A stretch of 64,000 nt of DNA from Planctomycetota bacterium (GCA_019636275.1 JAHBXY010000019.1:8764-72763), one strand, 5' to 3'. Shown: positions 27,710-40,099, counted from the stretch's first letter. Notes: a model not told the origin generated them from the letters alone. Numbers and translations are program-made.

Positions 27710-28459
27710 TCAGAGCCAGGCCGTGATCTGCCGCGTGCGCAGGCGGTCGTCGAGCAGGCGCTGGTCGAAGGCCGGCTCGTCGGTGGGCTCGATCTGCCAG
27801 CCGGGGTCGCCGTGGCGGGCCTTCAGGGCGCAGACGATGCGGTGGAAGTCCCAGGCCGCCTCGGCGTTGCCGTCGACGTGGAACGTGCCCGGCGCGCCGC
27901 CCTCGAGCAGGGTCACGAGGGCCGCCGCCGTGTCCTCGAGGAACGACGTGGCCGGGACCCAGCGCGTGCTGGCGCGCAGCGCCTCGCCGGCGGCGGCGCG
28001 CGCGTGGAGGTGCTCGAGCATGGTGTTGCCGCCGCGCCGCGCGGCGAGCTGCCAGCCCAGGCGGGCGACGATCGCCGCCGGGTTCGCCGCCCGGACGGCC
28101 TCCTCGCAGCGCGCCTTGTAGCGGCCGTACTCGTCGCGGGCCGTGGGAGGGGCGCCGGGCCGGTGCGGGCCGCCGGGCTCGTGGTGGAACACCATGACGG
28201 TGCTCGTGAACAGGAACGGGCGCCCCCGGCGCGCGCACCAGCCGGCGAGCGCCGCGGCCCAGGCCTCGGCGCCGAGCGCCAGGTGGCACACGGCCCGCGG
28301 GTCGACGCGGTCGAGGTGCGCCTCGACCGCGGCCGGGTCGTCGGGCGAGGCGACGGCGCGGTCCCAGCCGACGCAAGGGCGGCCGCCGTCGTCGACGAGC
28401 GCCTGGCGCAGCGCCGGGGCGACGGTCCCGCCGAGGCCGGTGATCAGCGTGGGTCGCAC
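27710..28459 (-). CDS. NAD-dependent epimerase/dehydratase-like protein
   Basis: N-terminal LITGLGGTVAPAL Rossmann motif; 4 bp downstream of sufT on the same strand. Confidence 0.55.
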   Translation of the reverse strand: MRPTLITGLGGTVAPALRQALVDDGGRPCVGWDRAVASPDDPAAVEAHLDRVDPRAVCHLALGAEAWAAALAGWCARRGRPFLFTSTVMVFHHEPGGPHRPGAPPTARDEYGRYKARCEEAVRAANPAAIVARLGWQLAARRGGNTMLEHLHARAAAGEALRASTRWVPATSFLEDTAAALVTLLEGGAPGTFHVDGNAEAAWDFHRIVCALKARHGDPGWQIEPTDEPAFDQRLLDDRLRTRQITAWL

Positions 28460-28463
28460 CCGG

Positions 28464-29030
28464 CTAAAGCATGCCGAGCTGCAGCTTGGCCGCGTCGGAC
28501 ATCTTGTCGCGGTCCCACGGCGGGTCCCACACGATCTCGACGTCGACGTCCTTCACGCCCGGCAGGGCGGCGACCTTCGTCTCGGCGTCGCTCTTGAGCA
28601 CGCCCGACATGCCGCAGCCGGGCGCCGTGAGCGTCATCTGGATGTGGACCTTGTGCCCCTGCGGCTCGGCGGGCGTGACGAAGACGTTGTAGACCAGGCC
28701 CAGGTCGACGACGTTCACCGGGATCTCCGGGTCGAAGATCGTGCGCAGGACCTTCCACACGGCGTCCGGATCCGTGGTCCCCTCCGCCGCCGGCGCCTGG
28801 CCCTCGGGGGGGACCTCGCGGCCGAGGGCGTCGGCGTCCCTGGCGGCGATGCGGTAGAGCATCCCGTAGGGCCCGGCCGCGACGGTGAAGTTGCCGCCGA
28901 GCGTCTGCGTGATGGTCACGGGCGTGCCCGCGGGCAGGGTCACCGTCGTGCCCGCCGGGATCTCGACCGCGTCCACCGCCCGCGACAGCGCCACGTGCAG
29001 GCGCTCGCCCGGCTTCCTCGGCTCGTCCAC
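28464..29030 (-). CDS. sufT: SufT-type Fe-S assembly protein (DUF59/MIP18 domain)
   Basis: DUF59 core NVVDLGLVY…HIQMTLTAPGCGMSG…VDVEIVWDPPW plus the SufT N-terminal region (VTLPAGTPVTITQTLGGNFTV). The start is set at a GTG that has a GGAGG Shine–Dalgarno, to avoid overlapping sufU. Confidence 0.7.
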   Translation of the reverse strand: MDEPRKPGERLHVALSRAVDAVEIPAGTTVTLPAGTPVTITQTLGGNFTVAAGPYGMLYRIAARDADALGREVPPEGQAPAAEGTTDPDAVWKVLRTIFDPEIPVNVVDLGLVYNVFVTPAEPQGHKVHIQMTLTAPGCGMSGVLKSDAETKVAALPGVKDVDVEIVWDPPWDRDKMSDAAKLQLGML

Positions 29031-29071
29031 CGTCTTCAACCTCCGCCCTCGTGCCTCCACCGCGGTCACCG

Positions 29072-29521
29072 CTACTCCGTGCTCGCCGCGCCGGTCCCGT
29101 CCAGGGCGGCCTTGAGCGTGTGCCAGGCCAGGCTGGCGCACTTGACGCGCGCGGGGAACTCGCGCACCCCGGCGAAGACCTTCAGCTTGCCCAGCCCCTC
29201 CGTGTCGACGGGCTGGTCGACGGGCGAGGTGAGCATCGCGTGCACGCGCTGGAAGAGGGCCTCGACCTCGGGCCGCGGCTTGCCCTTGACCGCGGTCGCC
29301 ATGAGCGACGCGGACGCGGTCGAGATCGCGCAGCCGGCGCCCTTGAAGGCGATGTCGCGGATGACGTCGCCCTCGACCTGCACGCCGAGCGTCAGGTGGT
29401 CGCCGCAGAGCGGGTTCCTGCCGTCGGCCGAGCAGGTCGGCTGCTCGAGCGACCCGAAGCAGCGGGGCCGCTTGCTGTGCTCGAGGATGACCTCCTGGTA
29501 GAGCTCGCGCAGGTCGGACAT
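29072..29521 (-). CDS. sufU: SufU/IscU-like Fe-S scaffold (NifU N-terminal domain)
   Basis: Conserved Cys ligands in LCGDHLTL … KGAGCAISTAS … KCASL; 149 aa. Confidence 0.85.
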   Translation of the reverse strand: MSDLRELYQEVILEHSKRPRCFGSLEQPTCSADGRNPLCGDHLTLGVQVEGDVIRDIAFKGAGCAISTASASLMATAVKGKPRPEVEALFQRVHAMLTSPVDQPVDTEGLGKLKVFAGVREFPARVKCASLAWHTLKAALDGTGAASTE

Positions 29522-30753
29522 CAGCCGAACAGCTCCTGCACCTTGCGCAGGGCGGCGACGAGCGCGTCGACCTCCTCGAGCGTGTTGTAGAAGGCGAACG
29601 AGGCCCGGGCCGTGGCCGGCACGCCGAAGCGCTCCATGAGCGGCTGCGCGCAGTGGTGCCCGGCGCGGACCGCCACGCCCTCGTGGTCGAGGATCGTGGC
29701 GATGTCGTGCGGGTGGGCGCCCTCGAGCGTGAACGACACGACGCTCACCTTGTCGCGCGCCTGGCCGACGATCCGGAGCCCCGGGAGCTCCTCGAGGGCG
29801 GCCGTGGCCCGGGCGAGGAGCTCCTGCTCCCAGGCGGCGGCCGCCTCGCGGTCGAGCGCCAGCAGGTAGTCGGCGGCGGCGCCCAGGCCGATCACGCCGG
29901 CGATGTTCGGCGTGCCCGCCTCGAACTTGACCGGGATCGGCGCCCAGGTCGACTTCGCGAACGTCACCTGCCGGATCATGTCGCCGCCGCCCTGGTAGGG
30001 CGGCATGGCCTCGAGGTGCGCCGCCTTGCCCCACAGGACGCCGATGCCGGTCGGCCCGAAGGCCTTGTGGCCGGAGAAGGCGTAGAAGTCGCAGCCGAGC
30101 GCCTTCACGTCGACCGGCCCGTGCGGGACGCCCTGCGCGCCGTCGACGACCACCGGCACGCCGCGGCTGCGGGCCAGCTCGACGATCTTCGCGATCGGGT
30201 TGATCGTCCCCAGGGCGTTGGAGGCGTGCGACACCGAGAGGACCTTCGTCCGCGGGCCGAGGAGCGCCTCGAGCGCCTCCCAGACGAGCTCGCCCCGGTC
30301 GTCGATCGGCACGACCTTCAGCGTCGCGCCCGTCTGCTCGCACACGAGCTGCCAGGGGACGATGTTGGCGTGGTGCTCGAGGTGGGTGACGAGCACCTCG
30401 TCGCCCTCGCGCAGGCGCGGGCGGGCGAAGCTCTGCGCGACGAGGTTGATCGCCTCGGTCGTGCCGCGCACGAACACGCACTCGCGCGGCTCGGCGTTCA
30501 GGAGCCGCGCCACCTTGCCCCGGGCCTCCTCGTAGGCGCGCGTGGCGCGCTCGGCGAGCGCGTGGACGCCGCGATGCACGTTGGCGCAGTCGCGCAGGTA
30601 GTAGCGCTCCTCCGCCTCGACGACCGCCCGCGGCTTCTGCGCCGTGGCCGCGCTGTCGAGGTAGACGAGCGGCCTGCCGTGGACCTCCTGGGCCAGGGCC
30701 GGGAAGTCGCGCCGGACGGCCTGGACGTCGAAGGCCTGCTGGGTCGCGGTCAC
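29521..30753 (-). CDS. sufS: cysteine desulfurase SufS (class V aminotransferase)
   Basis: SGHK PLP-lysine motif ([18 protein letters not shown]) and catalytic-Cys region ([10 protein letters not shown]). GTG start overlaps the sufD stop (GTGA). Confidence 0.85.
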   Translation of the reverse strand: MTATQQAFDVQAVRRDFPALAQEVHGRPLVYLDSAATAQKPRAVVEAEERYYLRDCANVHRGVHALAERATRAYEEARGKVARLLNAEPRECVFVRGTTEAINLVAQSFARPRLREGDEVLVTHLEHHANIVPWQLVCEQTGATLKVVPIDDRGELVWEALEALLGPRTKVLSVSHASNALGTINPIAKIVELARSRGVPVVVDGAQGVPHGPVDVKALGCDFYAFSGHKAFGPTGIGVLWGKAAHLEAMPPYQGGGDMIRQVTFAKSTWAPIPVKFEAGTPNIAGVIGLGAAADYLLALDREAAAAWEQELLARATAALEELPGLRIVGQARDKVSVVSFTLEGAHPHDIATILDHEGVAVRAGHHCAQPLMERFGVPATARASFAFYNTLEEVDALVAALRKVQELFG

Positions 30754-32077
30754 GCGGGCACCTCCGTCAGCGCCGTCAGCCGCGCCTTGACCAGGTCGCC
30801 CACCCAGGCGGCGGCGGCCGGCAGGGCGTCGACGACCTCGGCCGCGAACGCGCGCGTGAGGAGCGCCCGGGCGACGTCGCGGTCGAGCCCGCGCGCGCGC
30901 AGGTAGAAGAGCGCGTCCTCGTCGAGCTGGCCGATCGTGGCCCCGTGACTGCACTTCACGTCGTCGGCGTGGATCGTCAGGCGCGGGTTCGTGTTCACGG
31001 CCGCCTGCGGCGAGAGGAGGAGGTTGCGGTTGGTCTGCTGGGCCGAGGTCTTCTGCGCGTCCTCGCGCACGTGGACCTGCCCGTCGAACACGGCCCGCCC
31101 GGCGCCGCCGACGACGCCCTTGAACAGCTGCGCGCTCGTCCCGTGGGGGCGCGCGTGCTCCATCCACACGTGGTCGTCGACGTGCTGCCCGTCGCCGGCC
31201 AGGTAGAGGCCGCCCACGCGCGCCTCGGCCCCCTCGCCGTCGAGGAGCAGGCGCAGGTCCTCGCGGACGAGCCGCCCGCCGAGCTGCACGAGCGTCAGGC
31301 CGAGCCCGCCGTCGCGCTCGACGCGCGCGTGGTGGCCGTGGACGCGGACGCCGTCGTCGTCCTGGAGCTGGGCCACGACGAGGTCCAGCCGAGCGCCCTG
31401 CCCGACGTGGACCTGCGTGAGGCCGTCGTGGACCACGCGCGGGGCCGGCGTGGCGCCGGGCTCGAGCGCGAGGTGCAGCTCGATCACCGTCGCCTGCGCG
31501 CCGCGCTCGAGGGCCACGACCACGCGCGGCAGGGCCAGGAGGGGCTCGTCGCCAGCGGCCGTGGCCAGGACGACGACGACCGGGTCCGGCAGGGCCGCGC
31601 CCGGGCCCACGCGCAGGAGCGCGCCATCGGTGAAGGCGCCCGCGTTCAGGGCGGCGAGCGCGCCGGCCTCCGGCGCGACGTCGCGCAGGAGGTCGGCCAG
31701 GGCCGGCTCGCGGGCGAGCGCGTCGGCGAGGCCGCCGAAGGTCAGGCCGTCGGCGTCACCCGCGTCGACCGCGGCCGCCCAGCCGTTGACGACGACCAGG
31801 CGCGGGCCGCGCCAGGCGGCGCCGAGCGCCTCGGCCGCCCTGCGCTCGACGGCGGCGAAGGTCGCCGCGTCCGGCCGCGGCGCCGGGGCGAAGCTCCCGC
31901 GGGCGATCGGCGCCAGGCTGGTGAAGCGCCAGGCCTCGTCGCGCGGGCCGGGGAGGCCCGCGGACCGGAACGCCTCGAGCGCCGCCCTGCGCCGCTCGCC
32001 CAGCGCGCCGGCGTCGAGGGCGGCCGGCGCGGCCAGCCGGTCGAGGTCGAACGGGGTGGAGGTCGCCGTGGCCTGCG

Positions 32078-32081
<4 letters not shown>
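30750..32081 (-). CDS. sufD: Fe-S cluster assembly protein SufD
   Basis: SufBD-family C-terminal β-helix region (…[35 protein letters not shown]). ATGA overlap with sufC. Confidence 0.85.
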
Positions 32082-32830
<749 letters not shown>

Positions 32831-32981
32831 GGGTGTCGTCCGTCTTCCGTCTTCGGTCTTCCGTCTACACGCCGCGAGGCCGCCGAGGGTGAGGCCGAGG
32901 CGCGCGCGCGCGAGCGACGTCGTCGTGACTACTTCGAGCGAGCGCGCGCGCGCTTCGGCCACCATCGGCGGGCGGCCGCAG

Positions 32982-34427
<1,446 letters not shown>

Positions 34428-34444
34428 GGTGCGCTCCTGATGGG

Positions 34445-34543
34445 CCACGCGTGGCGCGGCGCGCCACGACGAGTCGAGGCACACCGCGGGCGGGCGACAT
34501 CCGAAACTATACTAAACGGTATGGATTCCCGCCAAGGCCCAAG
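34445..34543 (-). promoter_or_regulatory. AT-rich island upstream of sufB (candidate suf promoter/Rrf2 operator)
   Basis: …ccgaaactatactaaacggtatggattcc… is the only AT-rich stretch in about 10 kb of GC-rich DNA, and sits between the Rrf2 regulator gene and sufB. Confidence 0.3.
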
Positions 34544-35017
34544 TCAGCGCGCTGACGACGAGCGGATCACCGGCAGCGGCGTGGGCGCCGGGGGGGCGTG
34601 GGCGGCGGCGAGGTCGGAGAGCATCGTCCGGTCGAGGACCGAGTGGACGAGGCCATCGACCCGCCCCCAGAGCGAGCGAATCGAGCAGTCGGTCGAGTGG
34701 ACGCACGAGGCGTCGTTGCCCGGGTGGCGGGCGCAGAACTCGGGCGTGTAGAGGCGGCCGCCCAGGGCCACGAGCACCTCGCCCACGCTGACCTCGGCGG
34801 CCGGGCGCGTGAGGCGGTAGCCGCCCTTCTGGCCGCGCGTGGCGTCGACGAGCCCGGCGGTGCGCAGGGTGCGCAGGAGCTTGGCCACGTAGGCGGGCGT
34901 GAGCGACTCCGCCTCGGCGATCTCGGCCATGCTCAGGCTCTCGGCCGGCGTCGGCGCGCGACGGGCGAGCTGCAGCATGCAGCGCAGGCCGTACTCCTCC
35001 TGGGCGGTGAACCTCAC
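34544..35017 (-). CDS. Rrf2-family transcriptional regulator (IscR/SufR-like, Cys-x6-Cys-x5-Cys)
   Basis: N-terminal HTH (LSMAEIAEAESLTPAYVAKLLRTLRTAGLV) and the CARHPGNDASCVHSTDC ligand motif; it lies upstream of sufB. Confidence 0.8.
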   Translation of the reverse strand: MRFTAQEEYGLRCMLQLARRAPTPAESLSMAEIAEAESLTPAYVAKLLRTLRTAGLVDATRGQKGGYRLTRPAAEVSVGEVLVALGGRLYTPEFCARHPGNDASCVHSTDCSIRSLWGRVDGLVHSVLDRTMLSDLAAAHAPPAPTPLPVIRSSSAR

Positions 35018-35135
35018 GGTCTCATGCTAACCGACGGGCGCGGCCGCGCGCGCCGGGTGACCTCGAAGGCCCTTCGAAGGCCCTTGACGGGCAGCGACCG
35101 ACTGCGGAAGGTGCTCGGCTCCCCGGAGGAAGCCC

Positions 35136-35828
35136 ATGCCCACGACCCTGATCACCGGCGCCAACCGCGGCCTCGGCCTCGAGTTCGTCCGCCAGTACGC
35201 CGAGGCGGGCTGGCGGGTGCTGGCCTGCTGCCGCGACCCGAAGGCGGCGACCGACCTGGCCGCCCTGGCCGGCGGCTCGGGCGGCCGCGTGACGGTGCAC
35301 GCGCTGGACGTGACCGACCCGGCCCGGGCCGCGGCGCTCGCGGCGGAGCTGGACGGCGAGGCGATCGACCTCCTGCTGAACAACGCCGGCGTCTACGAGC
35401 GCGAGGGGCCCCTCGGGCAGCTCGACCTCGCCGCCTGGGAGCGCTCGTTCCGCGTCAACACGCTGGCGCCGCTCCGCCTGGCCGAGGCGCTCGTCGAGCA
35501 CGTGGCGCGCAGCCAGGGCAAGCGCATCGTGAACCTCACCAGCCTCATGGGCAGCATCGCCGACAACCAGAGCGGCGGCAGCTACGCCTACCGCAGCAGC
35601 AAGGCCGCGCTGAACATGGCGACGGTGTGCCTGGCCAAGGACCTGCGCCCGCGCGGGGTCATCTGCCTGCTCCTGCACCCCGGCTGGGTGAAGACCGACA
35701 TGGGCGGCGAGCAGGCCCCGCTCGAGGCGCCCGAGAGCGTGCGCGGCATGCGCGCCGTGATCGAACGAGCCACGCTCGAGGACACGGGCGCGTTCCTCGA
35801 CTACGAGGGCGACGTCCTCCCCTGGTAG
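35136..35828 (+). CDS. short-chain dehydrogenase/reductase, CsgA (C-signal)-like
   Basis: TGANRGLG cofactor motif, YRSSKAALN active site, and the C-terminal tail …LLHPGWVKTDMGG…FLDYEGDVLPW that closely resembles the Myxococcus CsgA C-terminus. Confidence 0.75.
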   Translation: MPTTLITGANRGLGLEFVRQYAEAGWRVLACCRDPKAATDLAALAGGSGGRVTVHALDVTDPARAAALAAELDGEAIDLLLNNAGVYEREGPLGQLDLAAWERSFRVNTLAPLRLAEALVEHVARSQGKRIVNLTSLMGSIADNQSGGSYAYRSSKAALNMATVCLAKDLRPRGVICLLLHPGWVKTDMGGEQAPLEAPESVRGMRAVIERATLEDTGAFLDYEGDVLPW

Positions 35829-36265
35829 CCCGTATCACTCTGTTCATGTGACGCGCGCGGATGACGACGCGCTTCGAGCCCGCGCGCACCTCCTCCCCGC
35901 GCCGTCAGCGACGTCACCCGGGGGCGAGCGGGCCTTCATCGCCTCGGCGGTCGCAGGCGTCGACCACACGCCCTGCCTTGAATGCGCAGCCTGTGATCGA
36001 CACGCCACGGGGGGAATGGAACCACTCGCGAGGCGAGGCCGCGGAGGCCGAGGCGAGGGGGTGCGCGCGCGGGTCGTATCAGACGCCCTGATCCCCGGTG
36101 GGCCGCCGGAGCGAGCGGGAGGCCCGCGGCTGCGGACAGCCGCGAGCGGTAGGGCCCGCATGGGCTGCAGCACCGCCAGCCGCGGGACGGAGCTCGCGGA
36201 GGCGGGCCACACCGACGACCCGCGCGCGCCCTCCATCGGCCGGCATCCGCGGCCGCAGCCGTCGA

Positions 36266-36418
36266 TCAGTTCAAGGGCGCGGCGAGCTCCATCTGCACGA
36301 GCAGGTCGCGCGCCTGATCGGTCAGGACAGACTCGAGCTCAACCGACACGCCGTCCTGGATGGCCTGCGCGTACCGCAGGACGACCAAGAGCGAGTCGAG
36401 GTCGACGTTCGGGCTCAT
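36266..36418 (-). CDS. possible small protein (50 aa), unlisted ORF
   Basis: ATG preceded by GGGGGGAG 8 nt upstream; GC3 about 94 %, typical of genuine coding sequence in this genome; no homology recognised. Confidence 0.3.
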   Translation of the reverse strand: MSPNVDLDSLLVVLRYAQAIQDGVSVELESVLTDQARDLLVQMELAAPLN

Positions 36419-36526
36419 GTGGCGACTCCCCCCGGAGCGCCACGACTGTCGCGTTCGCGCGTCGGGCGGGACATCATCAACCCTGATGAGGCAGGCTCCG
36501 GGGTTACCCCCGAACGGAGCCGCGCG

Positions 36527-37291
36527 TCATGCCTTGCGGGCCCACAGGAGCAGCCGCTTGAAGCCGTAGAAGTACGGCCGCTCTGCCGGCAGGCGCTCGA
36601 GGAGCAGCGCCCGGTAGCGCTCGAGGAAGGCGGGGAAGCGCGGCCCGAGCCGCTCCTCGAAGGTGGTGAGCAGGCTGCCGCGCACCCAGTCGACCACGGC
36701 CTCGGGCCCCTCGAGGACGTGGGGGTAGACGACCAGCCGCACGTGCTGCCGCGCCCACCCGAGCCGGTGAAGGAGCTCGGCGTAGGCGCGCGGGTCGAGC
36801 ACCCGGTCGCCCCAGCGCCAGCCGCCCAGCGCCTCGCAGAACGGCGCCTCGGCGGCGACGTCGTCGGCCGTGCGGTGCGAGGCGTGGTCGAAGTTGGCGG
36901 GCATCTGCACGGCGAGCTGCCCGCCCGGCGCGACCGCACGGGTCAGGCGCGCCAGGAGCGCCGGGTGGTCGTCGACCCAGTGCAGCGCGGCGTTGGAGAA
37001 CACGAGGTCGTACGCCGCCTCGGCGTCGACGGCGCCCAGGTCGCCCTGCGCGAAGCGCAGCCCGGGCGCCGCGTGCGCGGCGCTCCGGGCGAGCATGGCG
37101 GCCGAGCGATCGACCCCCAGCGTGTCGCGCGCGCCCAGGCGCTCGTGGAGCGCCCGGGTCAGCTCGCCCGTCCCGCAGCCGAGGTCGAGCGCGCGCAGGC
37201 CCGGCGCGGGCTCGACCAGGGCCAGCAGGTCCTCGAACGGGCGCCGCCGCTCCGCCGCGAAGCGGGCGTAGACGTCCGGGCGCCAGGCGTC
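36527..37291 (-). CDS. tam: trans-aconitate 2-methyltransferase-like (Tam); the N-terminal part lacks a canonical start codon
   Basis: Tam-like motifs DAWRPDVYARFAAERRRPFEDLL and LDLGCGTGELT lie in frame upstream of the first ATG (37096), with no ATG/GTG/TTG between them and the pilB-like stop at 37302. Confidence 0.55.
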   Translation of the reverse strand, partial: DAWRPDVYARFAAERRRPFEDLLALVEPAPGLRALDLGCGTGELTRALHERLGARDTLGVDRSAAMLARSAAHAAPGLRFAQGDLGAVDAEAAYDLVFSNAALHWVDDHPALLARLTRAVAPGGQLAVQMPANFDHASHRTADDVAAEAPFCEALGGWRWGDRVLDPRAYAELLHRLGWARQHVRLVVYPHVLEGPEAVVDWVRGSLLTTFEERLGPRFPAFLERYRALLLERLPAERPYFYGFKRLLLWARKA

Positions 37292-37301
37292 GCCCCCGGC
37301 G

Positions 37302-39959
37302 CTACTCGTACTCGTCCTGCTTGGCGTCCTTGCGCTCGTCGGCCTTGACGTTGGCCATGACGTCCTCGAGGTCGGTGATGCCGATCTTCACCTTGTGCAG
37401 GGCGTCCTGGAAGATCGTCGCCATGCCCACGCGGATGGCCGCCTCCTTGATCTCGTGGGACGAGGCCGACTTGTTGATCAGCTCGCGCAGCTCGTCGTTG
37501 AGCGTCAGCACCTCGTGGGTGCCCACGCGGCCCTTGTAGCCCACCCCGCTGCAGCGAGCGCAGAGCTTCTTCTCGCCCGACTTCCGCGCGTCGTTGTGGA
37601 TGTACATCTGCGGCGGGCAGGCCCGCGGGTCGCGCATGAGGAGCTTCATCTCGCGCTCGCTCGGCGTCCACTCCTTGCGGCACTTGTCGCACACGCGGCG
37701 CAGGAGGCGCTGCGCGCAGACGACGAGCAGCGACGAGCTCACCATGAAGGGCTCGATGCCCATCTCGATGAAGCGCGTCACCGTGCCGGCGGCGTCGTTC
37801 GTGTGCAGGGTCGAGAACAGGAGGTGACCCGTGAGCGAGGCCTCGATGGCGATCTCCGCCGTCTCGAGGTCACGGATCTCGCCGACGAGGATGATGTCCG
37901 GGTCCATACGCAGGTAGCACTTCAGCGCCGCCGCGAAGGTCAGGCCGATGTCCTTCTGCATCTGCATCTGGTTGATGCCGTCGAGCGGGTACTCGATCGG
38001 GTCCTCGGCCGTCTGGATGTTGACGTCGATCGAGTTCACCTCGGTGAGGCCCGAGTAGAGCGTCGTCGTCTTGCCCGAGCCGGTGGGGCCGACGTTGAGC
38101 ACCATGCCGTAAGGCTGCTTGCAGCCCCAGCGGTACTTGGCCAGGTTCTGCTCGGAGAAGCCCATGGCGTCGAGGCCGAGGGCGATCGAGCCCTTGGCCA
38201 GGAGGCGCATGACGCACTTCTCGCCGAAGGCCATGGGGCCGGTGGCGACGCGCAGGTCGAGGTCGAGGCCGCGCTTGGAGAAGCGCTTGAACTTGATCTT
38301 GCCGTCCTGCGGCAGGCGCCGCTCGGCGATGTCGAGGTTCGACATGATCTTGATGCGCGAGAGCACCGCCGGGATCGCCTTGAGCGGCAGGCTCATGCGC
38401 TCCTGCAGGTCGCCGTCGACGCGGTAGCGCACGCGCGCCTTGCCCTCGTAGGGCTCGATGTGGATGTCCGACGCGCCGCGCGTGTAGGCGTCCTCGATGA
38501 TGCGGTTGACGAGCTTGATGATCGGGCTCGAGTCCTCCTCGGACTCGCCATCCTTGATCTCGACCCGCTCCGCCTCGCCGCCGAGCTCGTTGGTGAGCTC
38601 GTCGAACTCGGCCGCCGTCTGGTCCTTCTTGCGCCGCTTGAGGCGCTCGTCGAGCACGTGCTTGATCTGGGCCTCGGTCGAGACGAGGACCTCGCCGATC
38701 TGCAGGTCGGTGGCCGCCTCGAACGACGCCCGCCGCGGCTGGTCGAGCGGGTTGGCCATGATGACCTGCAGCGACTTGCTGTCGAGCTTCTTCAGCGGCA
38801 GGATCTCGAACTTCTGCACCGCGTCGACGCCGACGACCTCCCACAGGCGGTCGTCCCACTCGAGGTCGGGGTTGGTGCAGTCGAACACCTCGGCGTTCGC
38901 CAGGCGCGCGTAGTAGCCGGCGATCTCCTGGTCGGAGCGCTCGAGGCCCGGCTCGCGGCAGATGTGGATCAGCCGGCCCATGTAGGCGGCGATCTCCTCG
39001 AGCAGCTTGAGGTCCTGGTAGCTGAAGAACTCCTCCCCGCTCTGCGGGTCCTTGTTCATCACCTGGATCGCGCCGTACGACTGCTCGCCGTCGCAGATGG
39101 GGATGGTGAGCATCGTGCGCACCTCGTAGCCGGTGAGGCGGCCGAGGTGGTTCTCGAACTCGCGGTCGCCGCGCGCGTCGAGCGAGGTGATCGACTTGCG
39201 CCCGTCCACGGCGCGGCCCAGGATCCCGGCGCCCGGCGGGATGACCGTCTGCCCCAGCTTGTCGAGGCTGCGCGTGAAGCGCTCCTCGAGGCCCGGATGG
39301 TTCTTGAACAGCGCCTTGGAGTAGAAGAGGTGCGCGAAGTGCGCCGCGCGCTTCTCGTCGAGCGAGTAGACGATGATCACCTCGGCGCTCAGCGGGTCGA
39401 CGAGCTTGCCCACCGTGAGCCGGTAGATCGTGTCGAGCTGCGACTCGCGGACCGGGTCCTTGCGCGTCAGGTAGCGGACGAGGGTGTTGACGACCTTCTC
39501 GACCCGCTGGTCGCCGGCGACGCCCGCGCGCTGCTTGCGCGGGCGGCGGCGGCCCGTGACGACCGTCGCGGCCGGGTCGACCTCGACGGGCTTCTTCTCC
39601 TCCGTCGTCTCGAGCCCCTCGAAGAAGTCGTCCAGGGCGGTGGAGAAGATCGAGACCCCGGCGTCGTCCTGGTCCTCGTCCTCGTGGGTGAGGGCGGGCG
39701 CGTCGCCGTCGCCGCCGCCCAGCCAGTCGAGGCCCGCGCCCTCGTCGGCCGGCTCGTCGCCGCCGCTCTCCTTGAGCCACTCGAGCGCGTCCTGGAAGTC
39801 CTCCTCGACCTCCTTCTTGGCCGCCGGCTTGGCCGCCGCGGGCTTGGCCGGCGCGGGCTTGGCCGGCGCGGGCTTGGCCGGCGCGGGCCTGGCCGCCGCC
39901 GGCTTCTTGGGGGTTTCAGCCTCGTCGAGCCAGCCCAGCGCGTCGTCGTCGTCGCTCAT
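37302..39959 (-). CDS. GspE/PilB-family secretion ATPase with N-terminal (PAKPA)n repeats and a GAF domain
   Basis: Walker A GPTGSGKTT, Asp box, Walker B DPDIILVGEIRD, His box LLFSTLHTND, C-terminal tetracysteine (CDKC…CARCSG). An N-terminal GAF-like region lies at about aa 180–330. Confidence 0.85.
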   Translation of the reverse strand: MSDDDDALGWLDEAETPKKPAAARPAPAKPAPAKPAPAKPAAAKPAAKKEVEEDFQDALEWLKESGGDEPADEGAGLDWLGGGDGDAPALTHEDEDQDDAGVSIFSTALDDFFEGLETTEEKKPVEVDPAATVVTGRRRPRKQRAGVAGDQRVEKVVNTLVRYLTRKDPVRESQLDTIYRLTVGKLVDPLSAEVIIVYSLDEKRAAHFAHLFYSKALFKNHPGLEERFTRSLDKLGQTVIPPGAGILGRAVDGRKSITSLDARGDREFENHLGRLTGYEVRTMLTIPICDGEQSYGAIQVMNKDPQSGEEFFSYQDLKLLEEIAAYMGRLIHICREPGLERSDQEIAGYYARLANAEVFDCTNPDLEWDDRLWEVVGVDAVQKFEILPLKKLDSKSLQVIMANPLDQPRRASFEAATDLQIGEVLVSTEAQIKHVLDERLKRRKKDQTAAEFDELTNELGGEAERVEIKDGESEEDSSPIIKLVNRIIEDAYTRGASDIHIEPYEGKARVRYRVDGDLQERMSLPLKAIPAVLSRIKIMSNLDIAERRLPQDGKIKFKRFSKRGLDLDLRVATGPMAFGEKCVMRLLAKGSIALGLDAMGFSEQNLAKYRWGCKQPYGMVLNVGPTGSGKTTTLYSGLTEVNSIDVNIQTAEDPIEYPLDGINQMQMQKDIGLTFAAALKCYLRMDPDIILVGEIRDLETAEIAIEASLTGHLLFSTLHTNDAAGTVTRFIEMGIEPFMVSSSLLVVCAQRLLRRVCDKCRKEWTPSEREMKLLMRDPRACPPQMYIHNDARKSGEKKLCARCSGVGYKGRVGTHEVLTLNDELRELINKSASSHEIKEAAIRVGMATIFQDALHKVKIGITDLEDVMANVKADERKDAKQDEYE

Positions 39960-40045
39960 GACCCCTCATCGAGCCCGCGGCCGGGTCGCTGCCCGGTCGC
40001 GGAAGTCTCGGCGCGTGAGCGTACAGGGTCGGCCGGGGGCCTTCA

Positions 40046-40099
40046 AGCCGGGAGGTGGGTCACCCGCCGCCGGGGAGCGCCAGCAGGTCGGCGACGGCG
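40046..40099. repeat. direct repeat A (copy of the 3' end of the 40974..42902 gene)
   Basis: agccgggaggtgggtcacccgccgccggggagcgccagcaggtcggcgacggcg is nearly identical to 40961..41014. Confidence 0.5.

Noticed and set aside
29072-30481. 469-aa ORF extending upstream of sufU
   Set aside because: Only the last 149 aa match the SufU/IscU fold; the upstream part overlaps sufS in another frame and is compositional noise.
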